A stretch of 64,000 nucleotides of DNA from Moniliella sp. 'wahieum' (taxonomy: Eukaryota), in the NCBI GenBank assembly GCA_003971905.1, contig RSEE01000052.1, positions 310,001 to 374,000 on the forward strand, in the 5' to 3' direction. Position 1 is the stretch's first letter. Every line of letters begins with the position of its first letter. The translations under genes were made by a program, and so were the position numbers. Below the pieces are notes generated by a model. It made no database searches. It had not been told where the DNA came from and saw only the letters and a list, made by a program, of their open reading frames with translations. Shown in pieces: positions 36,878-50,900 of this stretch.

Positions 36878-39800
36878 CTACTGGGAGCGCGGGGAGGGGA
36901 GGAGAGGATCAAAGGTGGTGCGGGTGTGGGTGGAAGAAGAGTCGCACGGAAGTGGATCAGAACTGACGCTGGCGAGCATTGAAAACCCGTCCATCTTGGT
37001 TGCGTCCCTCTCTTCGTCCCATGTGCCTGCGTGAAGGTCGTTTCGCCCTCGCTTGATTATCGGGTCCTCCTCCTCGGCGAGCGAAGTGGCAACAGGAAGG
37101 GTCATCAACAGCTCTTGCAGATCCTCCTCTTCCAGTGGGGCAGGAGAAGAGGCTTTCTCCTGGTTCTCAGCCCAAATCGGTAAGGTCTTGAGCCGGCGCG
37201 AATACGTCGTCTGCACCTCTTGCCGCAGCTTCTTGTTCAGCAAACGGAGCCGTTGGAGTTCATATGGCCAGCTGGAAGAGCAATGTGGATCAAACTCGGG
37301 TAGCACATTCGAAGGCAGCTCCGTACCTGTAGGAAGTGGAAGGGCGTGGTATTGAACACACTGCTGTCCTCACTCAAGCCGAGTCGGGGTGGGAACCACG
37401 AATGTGAACCCAGACGCTCGTTGCGCCCGCAGAGGGGTAGACTTGCGACAGTACGGTCACCTTCCGCCCCAGTCGATCGAGCAGGCCGTGCTGAACCACC
37501 GACTGCTCTCCATGTTGGAGGGCGGCGAGGAGCCCAGCCCTGGGGCCGGGAACCAGGTCCTTGACCGACTTGCCCATCAATTGACCGGACTCAGTCTCAG
37601 AAAATGTATCACCGGAGCAGTTACAGCCAAGAGGAGGCCGGTTTGTTTGGACAGGCGCATCCAGAACCCTGGCTCGGAGGAGGAAGTGACCCGACTCAAT
37701 GCCTGAGGTGGTACATGCTCAATCTCCCGTGGTCGACCGGAGAGAATGACGACTTTCATTTTGCCCGTCTCCATGTGAACTCGGCCGACAGACTCGATCC
37801 ACTTAAAGTCCGACTCTCCGTACTTTCATTCGGAATAGCAAATGGACTTCCTTGGAAGTCATGCTCGAAGATGTGGCGTCCTTTAGCTGGCGAAAGACCG
37901 GAACCACATCGGCGGGGTGCATATAGTTTCCGATCGACTTGCCGCTCAGTTCCACGTGGCTCCATCCCGTCTGACGCTCGATGCGTGGGGAGAGGTAGAA
38001 GAAGAATGCCTTTGATTGAAAGGACAAAAAGAACGTCTGGCGTGTTCTCCACCACCACGCGAGACCAATGTTCCTGCTTGACCGAGGGGAGTGCCTCTTC
38101 TTCTGGATACAGCATCTGCACCACCGAGCGACCGTTGATCACCGCCCATGGGTCCACTAGTTGACTTGCCCATTCAAACGGGTTTACTTCCGTTGGCCGC
38201 ACAACGCTCGCCACCGATTGGGGCTCTGTTTGAGAGGGAGAGGCGCCTCTCAAGCAAGGGTGCGAGGGAAGATGCGAGAGAGTACTGGCTTCCTTGCTCT
38301 CTAGTATGCCATTCTCCCCTTGAGCCAAGAGAGGGACTTGGAAGCCTACCACGTATTTGACCCCGGTACCCCCCTCCCATGGGATGGGGACAGCGTGACC
38401 AAATTGAGAAACGGAGCACCGCCTTTACGGTAGTTGATCAAACTTGCTGGCACTCCTCCAGCTTCATCAGGTGGTGGGAGAGATGGACGACAGCACAGGG
38501 GTCGGTGGTGGTGCGGACCTCGCCCTTGTTCATCAGCCCATTGGGTGCCTGGAGGAAGCGCGCATTCTTCCCGATCACTTCGTGACGCTCGTAGCCCGTC
38601 AAGTGGAGGAAGGAGTCGCTGCAATACACAATTGGATGGTCTGGCAGCGTCACGTCCGCCACCGTAAACGCCGCTGAAAGACGGACGGGACCCAAGTCGA
38701 TCACCGGATGGCGGCGAGAGGCGACCTCTAACAGTGCGTTCAACGGATCGAATGCACCGCTCCCGCCTCCACCCTCAGTCCCATTTGCAATTCCAGCTTC
38801 CTGCTTGGGCCCCGTCTCCATTCCCATTCTCATCCCCATCTTCGGATCTGTATCCGTCTCGATCTCCGCCCCTTTCCATTCCCAGTCCCCGGCAGAGTTC
38901 CTATACCACGAGGCAACGAGTATGCCTCGGTCGGTACACCTTTCCTGGTCAACCCACCGTTAAAGAGGGGCGGGCGAATGGAGACGTAATCCGACGGAGT
39001 GGGGATCAAGGTACTGTGTGCCGAACTTGCTCCGTCAGTAAGAGACCAGACGTTGGTGGTGCTGGAACTGGACGCGCGGCTGAGGTACGGCCGCCGGAAG
39101 GAGGTCCAGGTACTGTGCAAGTCAAAGTTCGTCCATCGATCGGAGGTTCATTCGTCGGGCGGAACGGGGCGCTCGCTCTGCCATCCAGGCGAAGGGGGTG
39201 GGTACTTGAGAGGCGCAATGGACGGATTGGTAGATCCGAACGAACTGGACAGTGGATGGGGAATGCCCCGCGGCCGAGCCTCCTGGTCGTTACTTGAGGT
39301 GCGGGTTTGGAGAGAATGCCGGAGATTGCCCCGTGCCTCGCGCAGACGTGCCATCCTCCGTCGTTCTTGCAGTGTCATCTTGGGAGCAGCATCGCTTGTA
39401 AGGAGAGGCAGCATGTCGTCGAGGCTAGGATCCCGGTTGGAGGACGAGGAGGACGAGGAGGGCAATGTCCAGCTGATGGTTGGCTCGCTCATAGGAGCAC
39501 AATCACCGAGCAAGGCGCCCACCCTATCTTTCTTCTGGTTGCGCCCGTCGTGTGAGTTGAGGTGGGACATGTGGTGTGCAAAAATTTGGGCGTGGTAGCC
39601 TGCTTCTCTCTGGGGGGAGGTGGAGCCGGAGACGCGAACAGGGGAGGCGGCAAATGGAGCAGACGAACTGGCTAGTGTGCCAGTGGGATTGGCAGTGTTA
39701 GGTACAAGATTATCGGTGGGATGAAGTACGGGGAAAAGCATGCTGGCATTGGCTCTGTTGGGTGCTGGTTCGAGTGGTTCGAGTGGTTCGAGTGGAACAG

Positions 39801-40014
39801 GTAACAGGGATGTGGGATCGAATGAGTTTGTTCGGCTGGGTCCGGGCAGGGGCAGCACAGCAGGCTGATGAATAGAAAATGGGTCGCAGTTGGTGGAATC
39901 AAACGGAAGAGCGTCGTCAGCATAGTCTGTAGCTGCGAGAAGGGACTGGATCTCGTCGGAGTTGAGCAGCTGCGACAACAGCTCACCCTCTTCGGCGGGG
40001 GCGATGGATGCCAT
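36878..40014 (-). CDS. WC-1: White Collar-1-like blue-light receptor (LOV + PAS; no GATA zinc finger seen), frameshifted
   Basis: GAFDPLNALLEVASRRHPVIDLGPV..., PIVYCSDSFLHLTGYERHEVIGKNARFLQAP, SLINYRKGGAPFLNLVT (LOV); VENTPDVLFVLSIKG...YMHPADVVPVFRQLKD (PAS); SSWPYELQRLRLLNKKLRQE (basidiomycete WC-1-type C-terminus). Confidence 0.9.
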
Positions 40015-43000
40015 AATATGAGGCACAGGTGGTATGGCGGGGCTGCAACAGAGGAGCAGCCAATGTGTCGAGTGCGTTTAGAGGAGGAAGCGGAGGGGGC
40101 GCTCCTTTGTGGTTATAATCAGCATCCATGGAAGTTAGTATGCTGGTTTGCAAGCCCCTTGGTCACCGGAGATGAAAGGGAAGAGGAACCGCACGTACTG
40201 TAGCAATCACGAGCTGGGGTGATTAATGGCCGATGGAAGAGCTGGCCCATTCAAGGGAGGGGGGAGGAGGGGAAGTAAATGAAGATCGTGGGCTGCCCAG
40301 GCGACCGAGAGCTCGTTGGAGATGCAGACAGGTAGCAGAGAGTTGATACGAAGAGTTGGGGGATGTTACAGCCGAGGACAGGGGGCGCTCCGGTCAGGAA
40401 TGCAGGGCAGTGTATAGGCTCCGATCGGACAGGACGGGGGTGAGACCGGGTGAGAGATTGAAGACAGGTGGTGGAAGGCAAGGGAATGAGAGGGAAGGGA
40501 GAATGCGCATGCGGAACCATCCGTTGCACTGTTCGGAAAGGAGCTGGGGTGCGGGGCGGGGAGGGACAAGTGCGGCACTAGCGCAGCCACATAAACGCCA
40601 GTGGGGTGCGGTTACTCGAGTGTTACATGATACTCGTGATGGGCTGGGATGGCTCGGATGTCGCAAGGGAGAAAGGGGGTTCACAGAGAGTGTGTTGAAG
40701 TGATCGTGCTGGGGGGATGTTTTAATTGGCTAGTATGGCCGTTGCGGGCGCGTGGCGGGAAACGAGGGGCGCGAGATCGCGTATGCTGGCGAATGATGCA
40801 GTGTAGTATAGTGGTATGCCAGACTGACCGTATAACTGTGGCAAGTAGAAGAGAATACGCGTGGGGGGAGTATAGGGGGTGTGGCTGAGTGAGCGCCCAA
40901 GCTGATCGTTGAAGCTCAGCGGCTCAACGTTGTTCAACGCTGACGCGCTAATGGGGCTTGAGGCCGGGGTGCCATCGGAGAATACGCTGGTGGATGCAAC
41001 TCAGTACGTCAGTGCCAGCACGCAGTCTGAGTACAAAAGCCGAAAAACGGCCACCTGGATGAGCGCTCAGACAAAGCGCTGAGCAGGAGCGACCACGCTG
41101 CATGATGGATGCGGGGCGAACGGGGAGCGGCAGAGGGGCTACAGGACGCTCGTCTCTCTTCTGGCTATCGCAGACGATGGCAGGCGATGGCCAGCGCCAA
41201 ACCGAATGCTGTGAGAGGACGGGGGCGGATGATCGATACCTAGATACCTGACGATTCTATCGATGATCCAGTCTATGAATCATCCTGGCCATCGATCGAG
41301 CACGTCCCTGTACTGCGCAGTGCACCCGCGTGTTTGTCCCAGCGCCAGCCCTTCCAGACCCTTCCCAGCCTGATGGCGGCCACGGCTTACGGATCGGATG
41401 TTTCAAGGGTTGGATTCGCATGAGCAATCGATTACTCTTCCTGCAGCCGCACCCTTGCCACGCTGGCCCAGCCAAGCCCCCGCCTGGGCAAACGCAGGGC
41501 CCACAGGTGGCGAGGAGCCGTAGGAGGCGGCAGGCCACCGCAGACCATCGACCATCGCTGCTAGTCCGCCGCCACCTTGAGTGTGCTGCCCTTGCGCTCC
41601 CCCTGCTCTCTGATCCCCACGTTGCCGGCAAAATATGCAGAAGAGGAACCGGTGCCGGGGTCCAGTAGGGTCCAGTTGCCATGTATCATCGGCATCAAAT
41701 ATCACCGGCCGCCATAGCCGTGTAACGCGGAACCGACGTAACCGCGTATCCGGTAACCGGTAACCGGCAGCCACACAAGTGCCACCAGTGTCTGTCTCCC
41801 TTCTACGAGCACCTCCTGGCACACTCCATCCTTGCTAGAAGCTCCCAAAGGTATATCGTTTCTCAAAGCGAGTCCACGTGACCGTTCGCACGTTGCTTTT
41901 CTTCAGGTGACCCTCTCCTTCCGACCTTTTGGTTACTGGTGTCTTAATTCGTCTGGTTCGCTTTCGGTGAGAAGCAGTTTCCTGAATATGCCAGTGCGTT
42001 CCACCTTTCTCGTCACAGCCTCTCCCACCCTTAAAATCATTCTGGACTGGGATCTTAGATCTTATCGGTTATCCAGCACAGCTGTGAGGCCTATGGGTAC
42101 TCCAGCGAAGGCAGCAGGTTGCGAATAAAGTACGCGCTTACTGTACTAGGCTCACTCATCCGGCGTGTAACAGGCTTAGCCAGGCTTAGCTCGTGTGCCA
42201 CCTTCCGGTACGCAAGAATTACCTCTCCTTTCTGTCCCAATCCTTCAAAGTGTGGTTGGTCCCTTCCATTTCTATCCTCCAAACGTGCTTGGTCCCATCA
42301 TTCATCGGTAGTCCGTGCACCTTGCCTTCCTCCTCTCTCACGCCTCGTACGGTCCACATTCGCCCCAACACAGGCGACTGATTGAAGAACATGGGTGTCC
42401 GATCAGCTTCCGCACAGCCTCTCGTGTGGCAACCCGCCACACTTGCGGATCTTGTGGGGGTGTGCAAGCCAATAAGATGCGCTGTACAGGGTACGGGACT
42501 GAATACTAACCAATCCGATTCAGCTTGCCGTAGCAGTGCATTGTGAGCATCCGCCTCGTTGAGTTGTGTTTGAATAAGTCCTGTAGCCGACTCTTTTCCC
42601 ACATCTTCCTACAGTGGTGTCGCCCTGTCGTCAAAACACGTTCACGTATACACGGGAGAATGAGGTCGCCGCAAAAGTGTGGTGATAAGATAGTCGTTGA
42701 TCTCTTTGGCTGCAGGACGTGCGTGGGGCACAATGAGCGAGTACAGACTTGGCACAACCACATCCTCTCATCTGGGATCTGGAGAGGCAAATCCATGACA
42801 TTATATCAAAGTGATCGCCCTTCCTATAGTCCCCGAGGGGTTCTGATTCCTACAAGCGTCAATTCTGATGGCCAGCACATTGTCGTCCAGCTCGCCCTCT
42901 CAATTACATATGGACCGAAGCCAGCGGCGAAGCTTGGTGCCGAAGTACAGTACCTCCATAGTAAGGAGCGTACCTGAAGGGCAAAATGCCATATCAAACT

Positions 43001-43684
43001 TAGGATTGGCAAAATTAGGTACATATTATTCTGCCTCAGTTGGTCGTGCACCTTATTGTCAAACTACGACCGGCGACAATCCTCATCGATCATCACAGTA
43101 GTCTAGCACATAGTGAAATCCCAGTCGCGACTTTCCCGCAGACGTAATGAGGCGACTCGGTGTGTATATATGGCCACCGTCACAGTAAGGAAGGGAGAAG
43201 ACCATGTCGACAGTGATGGTCCGATTCGGAGTGAGGAGCCCGGAAGAGGTAGGACAGTGCCTCCCTGCTACTATCTGTAGTGAGGTTCAGGCATTCCGTT
43301 CAGGCTGGATTAGCTGGTTAGGTGAAGATGGAAGGAAGGGCGAACGTGTTGAACGTTTTGAACGGGCCATGGGCACCGGCCAATGCACCGACGCACTCAG
43401 CTCAGGCGTAGGAATTCACTACGTCATCGATTCATGGGGTCATGATTATTGCTTGCAATAATTCGATTGGTATTTAAACTTGCTGCTTGAAGCTTGACAC
43501 GGCCGCTGTCGTATGGCATGTGGCATGTGCATGTGACTGCTGGTGACGGGGCCTCTGCCCTCGGTTAGCTTATCTCTTCGCTCTCCCCGCCGCAGACCAC
43601 AAGGCAAACCATTTTGCATTGGTCAAATTGATCCGACACGCTGGAATTGGCTCCATCCCCCCCCCACCACTTGCGTCTATCACC

Positions 43685-46484
43685 ATGTACGCTGCTGTCC
43701 TTTCGGGCGATGCAACGCCAGGCGACGTGACCCCCACGCGAGAAACGCCATCGGCCCCGTGGACCATGCCAGGTGCTGCATCCCCACCCGATGAGGACAG
43801 TTTCCCTGAGCTGTCCAGCTCCGCCGCAAGCGCCCATTCTCATGCAGCCATGATGCTGTCTCACCTGTCCCCTCAGGAGAGAAACCGAGACTTGGAGATG
43901 AGTGTCGAAGGCCCTGTTCCGGCCCCTCACTTGTTTGGCCATCAAAGCGCCCCCACCCGCCACCTGTTGGAAGAAGAACTCGCCGAGAATAACTACGACA
44001 ACGAGGTGGCAGACGAACATTGGGGCATGAGTCGCTCGTCGTATTCCCTTGTCGGGGGTGAGAAGGACGAAGAAGGGGACAATTATGAACCTTCTGTCAG
44101 TTCCTCTAAAGACGGGAAAGGCGAGTTTGCAGCGTCTCCTGCGGATGCGGCTGCTCGCCTAGCCAGCTTAGGCACAGGCGCGGCCGACGGCCACTCCTCC
44201 GTCCCTGCCCCTATTTCGTCGGAACTGGCGGAGCTCTACACCAGCTTACAACAGTGCCTCGAGCTTCGGGACAAGTATATGCTGGCTTCTCATCAGGCTC
44301 ACTGGGAGGAGAATCCAAAGAATTGGGACGCTGAATATGTGGAGGAATTCAATGCCCAGCCAGGGGCGGGCAAGGCCAACCAGGACTACAAGAAGGAGAA
44401 AGAAGTATATGTTGATGGTTGTTCTCTTGCGTACTCGCCCGATGACGATTATTGGTCCGACGGCTCCGGGGACAAGCCCGCTCTCAAACCGTGGAGAATC
44501 TATCCCGCCCCACCCCGACCTCACTGGGAAAACTTCCACCCTGCTCCAGCTTCCTCCTTTGTTGTTCGTCCCACAGCGGTCAATCCCCTTCCTCCCGCCA
44601 TCGCTCCCGCTTCCCCGGCCAACGCCAACGCCGCGAGCCAGCTACTCACTGCCACTGGTAGCGTACCTGGCAAGTTCGACATGAAGTTCATGCGCTTCCC
44701 TACCAAGCACACCCGCCAAGGAAGGCCGATTACATTCCGAAGGGTGGACGGGGTATTCCAGGTGTTTGATGAACAGGCTCCCGAGTCGGTCGGCAAGGAG
44801 GCCAAACCACTTTTTGCAGCGATCACCATGCGGCAATACTACAAGGATCTGGATTTTCTCTTAAACATTGTTGCGGATGGTCCAACCCGCTCTTTTGCTT
44901 GGCGCAGGCTCAAGTACCTTGAAGCCAAGTGGAACTTGTACACTCTCTTGAACGAGTATCGCGAGTTGGATGGGATGAAGAAAGTTCCCCACCGTGACTT
45001 CTACAATGTGCGCAAGGTCGACACGCATATTCACCACTCAGCCTCGATGAACCAGAAGCACCTACTCCGGTTCATCAAAGCCAAGATCAAGCGTCATCCG
45101 GACGATGTGGTCATCTTCCGTGATGGTCACAAACTCACTTTGGAACAAGTGTTCGAGTCGCTTGGTCTGACGGCGTACGATCTTTCGATTGACACTTTGG
45201 ACATGCATGCCCACCAGGACGCTTTCCACCGCTTTGACAAATTCAACCTCAAGTACAACCCCCTCGGCGAGTCGCGTCTTCGTGAGATCTTTCTCAAAAC
45301 CGACAACTTGATTCATGGCCGCTACCTTGCGGAGATCACCAAGGAGCTAATGGCGGATCTCGAGGCCTCCAAGTATCAGATGACAGAATACCGCCTCTCC
45401 ATTTATGGCCGCAACAAGGAGGAATGGAACAAACTTGCTGCCTGGGTTGTGGACAATGATCTGTTTTCCCCAAATGTGCGTTGGCTAATCCAAGTCCCAC
45501 GCTTGTATGATGTCTACAAGGCCAACGGGACGGTGGACAACTTTGATGATGTGATCGACAGTATGTGCCCATCTGAATTCTTGGGAACGTTCACGAAACC
45601 TGACTGGGATTTCTACAGATGTCTTTGGGCCGCTTTGAGGCGACACATGACCCCTCTGCTTACCCCAAGTTGCATGTCTTTCTCCAACGTGTGGTCGGGT
45701 TTGATTTGGTTGATGATGAGTCCAAGCCGGAGCGCAGGGTCCATAACAAGTTCCCCGTCCGTCGGAGTGGGACGGACTGTCCTCTCCGCCATACTCCTAC
45801 TGGGCCTACTTTATGTACGCCAACATCTCCACCCTCAACCAGTGGCGCCACATGCGTGGGTATAGTACGTTTTGCGTTCCCCTTTTTTGCGTCGACCGTG
45901 TCAAGTACTGACGGCGAGCAGATACGTTTGTACTGCGCCCCCATGCTGGGGAGGCGGGCGACCCGGACCACTTGGCCGCGACCTTCCTGACCTCACAATC
46001 GATTTCGCATGGCATCCAGCTGCGCAAGGTACCGACGCTACAGTACCTCTACTACCTCAAGCAAATTGGGTTGGCCATGTCGCCGCTGTCGAACAATGCG
46101 TTGTTCCTCTCGTACGAACGGAACCCGTTCCCCACTTTCCTCAAGCTGGGGATGAACGTGTCCCTGTCGACGGACGACCCATTGCAGTTCCATCTATCCA
46201 AAGAGCCGTTGCTGGAAGAGTACAGCGTCGCAACGCAGATTTACAAACTGCGTGCGTCGGACATGTGCGAGTTGGCGCGCAACTCAGTGCTGCAGTCGGG
46301 CTGGGAGATGGAGATCAAACGTCATTGGTTGGGCAACAAGTTTTACCTCCCAGGCCCACGCGGGAACGTGGTGTCCAAATCCAACATCCCATCCATTCGC
46401 CTCCGCTTCCGCGAACAAACGTTGCGCGAGGAACTGGATTTGGTCTGGTCGTCGGGACACGACGTTACCCAAGCCCGGCACTAA
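43685..46484 (+). CDS. AMD1: AMP deaminase; introns 45561-45618 and 45865-45921
   Basis: [81 protein letters not shown]. Confidence 0.96.
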
Positions 46485-47968
46485 AGCTTGGTCAGAGATG
46501 CCCCAGGCTGCTTCGATACTGTGTTCACTGCACTCCTGTAGCGTATCGGTACACCTTCGATCTCTGAAAATAAGCCATCGTCGATACTATGGTGGCGAAC
46601 AACACCATGGGGAATTAATGTTTGTCGTGTACTCCCATTAAACTACCTAGGTAATAAGCCAACTAAACAGTACACCGACAGCTCCTGTGCGTGCACTCCT
46701 TTGCTTCTACCAAAATAGATGTACAGCCCTCCTTTTGGCGCCCCGCTCTGCGCCATCCGATAGTGGAGGGGGGGTTGGAGTTTTTAGTTCCGCGTGCGCT
46801 CTGACGGGTTGGAGGGAGGCATAATGGAGGTTAATAAGAACAAAGGAATGCAGAGCCTGAGTCTAGGCCAGTGCTACCGCGGGTCGTACACCTCCTCTTC
46901 TCCCAACTTTGGGTCGCGGGCATGGAACTGGGGATGGGGACACGTCGAGGAAGTGAATCAAATTTCAAACCTGAGTTTGACTGGTGTTGAACGTTCAAGT
47001 TTCAAGTTGAACGTTGAAGTTCAACGTCCAAGGACAGTTAAGCTGCGCGTCGACGCGGCACATGGCTGGCTGGGGCGTACGATGGTTCGACGTTCGAAGA
47101 TATGGATGACAATTGACTGACTGCTTTGCGCCATCGGAAAGAGGAGCGAGGCCATCCATGTCATCAGCGTCGACAGTACGATGCTCATGCACATGCGAGC
47201 TGTGTGTGTGACTTACTGTGCGTCTCAAGGCTATCTATGCACTATGCTTGAAGGTGGCGGGCAGGGCGAGGATGATCGATGACGTAGTATGCTTTTTTGA
47301 GCGAGGGCGAACCACCACTGGAGACTAGTAGAGTTCTGGCCCCAGAAGGTGCATCTTATGATTGGACAGAGAGCCATGGCCGTCCACTGTTGCTGTGGTG
47401 ACAGTGTGGTGGTGAGTAGGCATTGCATCCAATATTCGCCAGGTGCGCTTCTCCAAGTAAACGTGTGTCATGTGCGGCGGCCTGGCTAGTTTACTCGGAG
47501 ACGAGCTGGGGCAAGAGTGCTGTGGAATTGCCCTATCCCGGAGTCAATCACATTGAAGAGCCAACTGTGGGGGCGACGCGGCGACGGACCGACACAGGAG
47601 TGTTGGAAGAGCTAAAGCCCGCAAGCCACAGACCCTCAACAAGGGGCTACTCAAAGTAGCCGTGAGACGCCGAGAGCTTGGTCCTACGCGACGCCGCGCT
47701 GAGGCAGAACTCAGCGTGCGCAGCTCAGCTGACCACTCCGCTTGCAAGATGTGTAACATGACGTACCCGCAGCTGCCAGCCCTGGGCTGATGAACAATTG
47801 TGACAGAGTGAGGTGGCCGCCGATTAATTCCCCCGCCCACTCGTCCTTGTCCCTTCCTCCACCTGGACGATGGCAGGCGAGTCCCCCAACAAGCGCGGCG
47901 TCCGCACCCTCTGGCGCCGGCTCAGCGTCAAGCCCTCGCGCGAAAAGGGGCTGGACGTGCCCGCGTCG

Positions 47969-50900
47969 ATGCTCAGCTCCCCGCCCTCTCTCTCGTCAGC
48001 ACCCCCGCCAGCACTCCGGCCCCGCTGACCCCGTCGCCGCTGTCCCCGTCGCCCCTCTCCCCGCCACAGCCGCAGGCCGCCTCCTCGCCTGCATCCATCC
48101 GCCATAGCCGGGTCTCCTCTGCAGACCACCGCACCCCAGCTCCCGCCCCCATCCAAGCCCCCTTGCTGAGCTGGAGCCTGAGCTGAAGCCTGAGCTGAAG
48201 CCTGAGCTGGAGCCGGAGCCGGAGCCTCAGCCTCAGCTACCCCCTTTGGTCGCGTCTCCGCTCGCACCTGCACAGGGCCGGCGCTCGAGTGCGCTCGTCT
48301 CGCCCTCTCGCACTGTGTCTCCCCCGCCCTCTCGGCACAGCGGCGGCTGGACTACAAGAAGCAAGCCCAAGAGGAGTTCAATGCGCTTCGCCGCCGCCCA
48401 CCCCGGTCTACGCCTCCCCCCAGTAATATCGAGCCAGCCGGAGCAGCACCAGCATCGGCACCGGCACCGGCACCGGCACCCGCCTCCCTCCCGCCTCCCT
48501 CCCGCCTCCCCTCCCGCCTCCCCTCCCGCCTCCCCTCCCGCCTCCCCTCCCGCCCACATCCCTCGTTCCAGCACCGGCGCTAGCTCCCTCTCCAAGGCGA
48601 CAGCTTCTACTCTGCGTCTTCTTCACCCCCCAGACTTGCTCGGCGAGCTGTGCCGGCTGTGCCGGCTCCCCAATCCACCCTCCCCCCCACAGCTGAGTTT
48701 ATCCCGCTCGGCAGCGCTATTGCGCCCCGTTCCTCCTCCCTGCCCCGATGCAGGAGATGGAGGCGCACGATGACCCACTCCAAGGGCTGTCTCTCCGCAA
48801 CGGCTGCCTTCTTCCCCCAAGCGGTACTCTGCACGGGTTTCCTCACCCACCAGGTCAGATGAGAAGGAGCACCATACCACCGCGCACCATGCCAAGGAGC
48901 ACCATGTCCACGCCAAGCTTCATGCACGACACGAGCGCGCGCGTGCGCAGGCGGCGTATGCACGAGGCAAGGCGAAACGGGTGCAGCAGCTGAGCGCTGA
49001 GAAAGTGATGCAGTCCGATGCCGAGCTGCGAGAAGACATCCGCCTCGTCCGCCACGCCCTCAGCTTGTTTTTCAATTCAGAGTTGATGAGTCGGAACGCA
49101 TCCTCCAGTCCCAAGCAGACCAGAAGATGTACTTTGGCCTGGGAGAAGCGTTTGTCGTTTTCCTCAAGGGTGTATGGTACGTATTCTATCTACCCCCACT
49201 TCTCCCCCTCCCTCGGATTGTGAATGAGGAAAAACGGAGAGGACGCGATGTTGATTCGAAGGTAGGGATTTGAGGAGGAGGATGTACAGGAAGCATTATC
49301 ACATGTAAGGACACAATGCATATTGTTCAGCTCGTGCGCCGCGGCACCTCGCATCAAGGTGTGACGGGGAGCGTGACCGGTGGCCTAACGTCGAGGCAGG
49401 TTTGTGTTGAACGGGGGCAGTGGCGTGCGTGCCAGCTCGCTGAAGCATATGAGCCAGGTGCAACGGCATGCTGAGCTGATTCATGCCGAGATTCTGCTTG
49501 CGCTCGGTGCTCTCGATCCTCAGCTCGGGGGACGTGGGGCCTGATGAGCGAAACACTGAATCTTCGGTCGGTGTACGCGAGCTACCGGTCGCTGCTCAAG
49601 TTCCTTGAGCAAGCAGATGAAGCGGCAAAGCACGGACACGGGACGCGGGCGGAGCGAACCGGGGTAGACGAAGATTTCCGCTCGGGGGTCTACCTCGGCA
49701 ACGGTCTGTTAAGCATGCTCCTCGGCATGCTACCAGGCAAAGTGCTCAAGGCCATGGAGGTGGTGGGGTACACGGGGGATTGCCTTGAAGGTCTTCGCCT
49801 GCTTGGCCTTGCCGGCGGCTGGAAATCCACACCGGAGGATTCGGCTCAGAGTGTGAACTGGGACCTGAGTACATTGGACCCCAAAGCTGGCATTTCCGCT
49901 GAAGACGACGGGATTCGGCGCATGTTGACGGATCAGCTGCTGTGTGCGTATCACCTGATTTTCTCCAACTATGCGCCCTTGCCTGGGCTGGACTTGCCTT
50001 TGGCTCGCCGTATCGTTGCGTTCAACCTGCAGCGCTTCCCCTACGGGTTTTTCCCGCGCTACTTTGTCGCGCGCCTGCGCTTGGCCCAGGCCCAGCCTAA
50101 GCAAGCCATCGGGGCTTTGCAAAGTACATTGGAGGTGCAAGATCGGTACAGTTCCAGCACATGATCCTGTGGGACCTATGTCTTTCCCACCTTTGTCTGG
50201 CCGAATGGGACGAAGCGCTGCCGATTTTCAAGCAGCTGCGTTCCCAGACCAACTGGTCCAAGGCAGGCTACAACTACTCAGTCGCAGTGTGCATGTACGA
50301 GTCCTTCACTGCCTCCCACCCGGACGAAGCGACAAGCGACAACATCTCAAGGTCATGGCGGCTACACCCGACTACAGCAAGAAATTGGCGGGCAAGTCGG
50401 TACCGCTGGATAAGTTTGTGGTGCGCAAGGCAGAGCAGTTTGTGCGGCGCGGGGGGCAGTTGCTCTTGCCTGGGATGGAACTGCAGTACATTTGCAAACC
50501 TTCAAGCACACGCCTGTTGCGACGTTCCAAGAGTACACCTTCCCGTCCTCGACCGTGCGATGGCCCATGTGCAGGCGCACCAGAACGACCCGTCGCGCTA
50601 CCCTGGGGTGGCACCGAATCACCCGAACAAGCGCACCTGGACGATCTGGCGCTGGTGTTGTTCCTGCGTGGGGTGAGTCTAAGCATGACCTCTGGCCGCT
50701 GCCCGGGACGGTGGTGGAAGCTTCAGAGCCAGCCCGGTTCCCCTTTCGCTCCGAGGCGGAGGAGATGCGTGCGGGGGACGAGTGGAGTCGCTGTTGCAGC
50801 GTGTGGTGGCGCTGGGACCAAGCTTGACGATCCGTACCTGATGTACTATGCGACGTTTGAGCTGGGCAATATGTATGCGGCGCAGGGTCTGCTGGACCAG

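Noticed and set aside
48165..48555. 12-bp repeats (gctgaagcctga; cctcccgcctcc)
   Set aside because: Low-complexity coding repeats (AEA/PPAS) in the IML2-like N-terminal region; ordinary.
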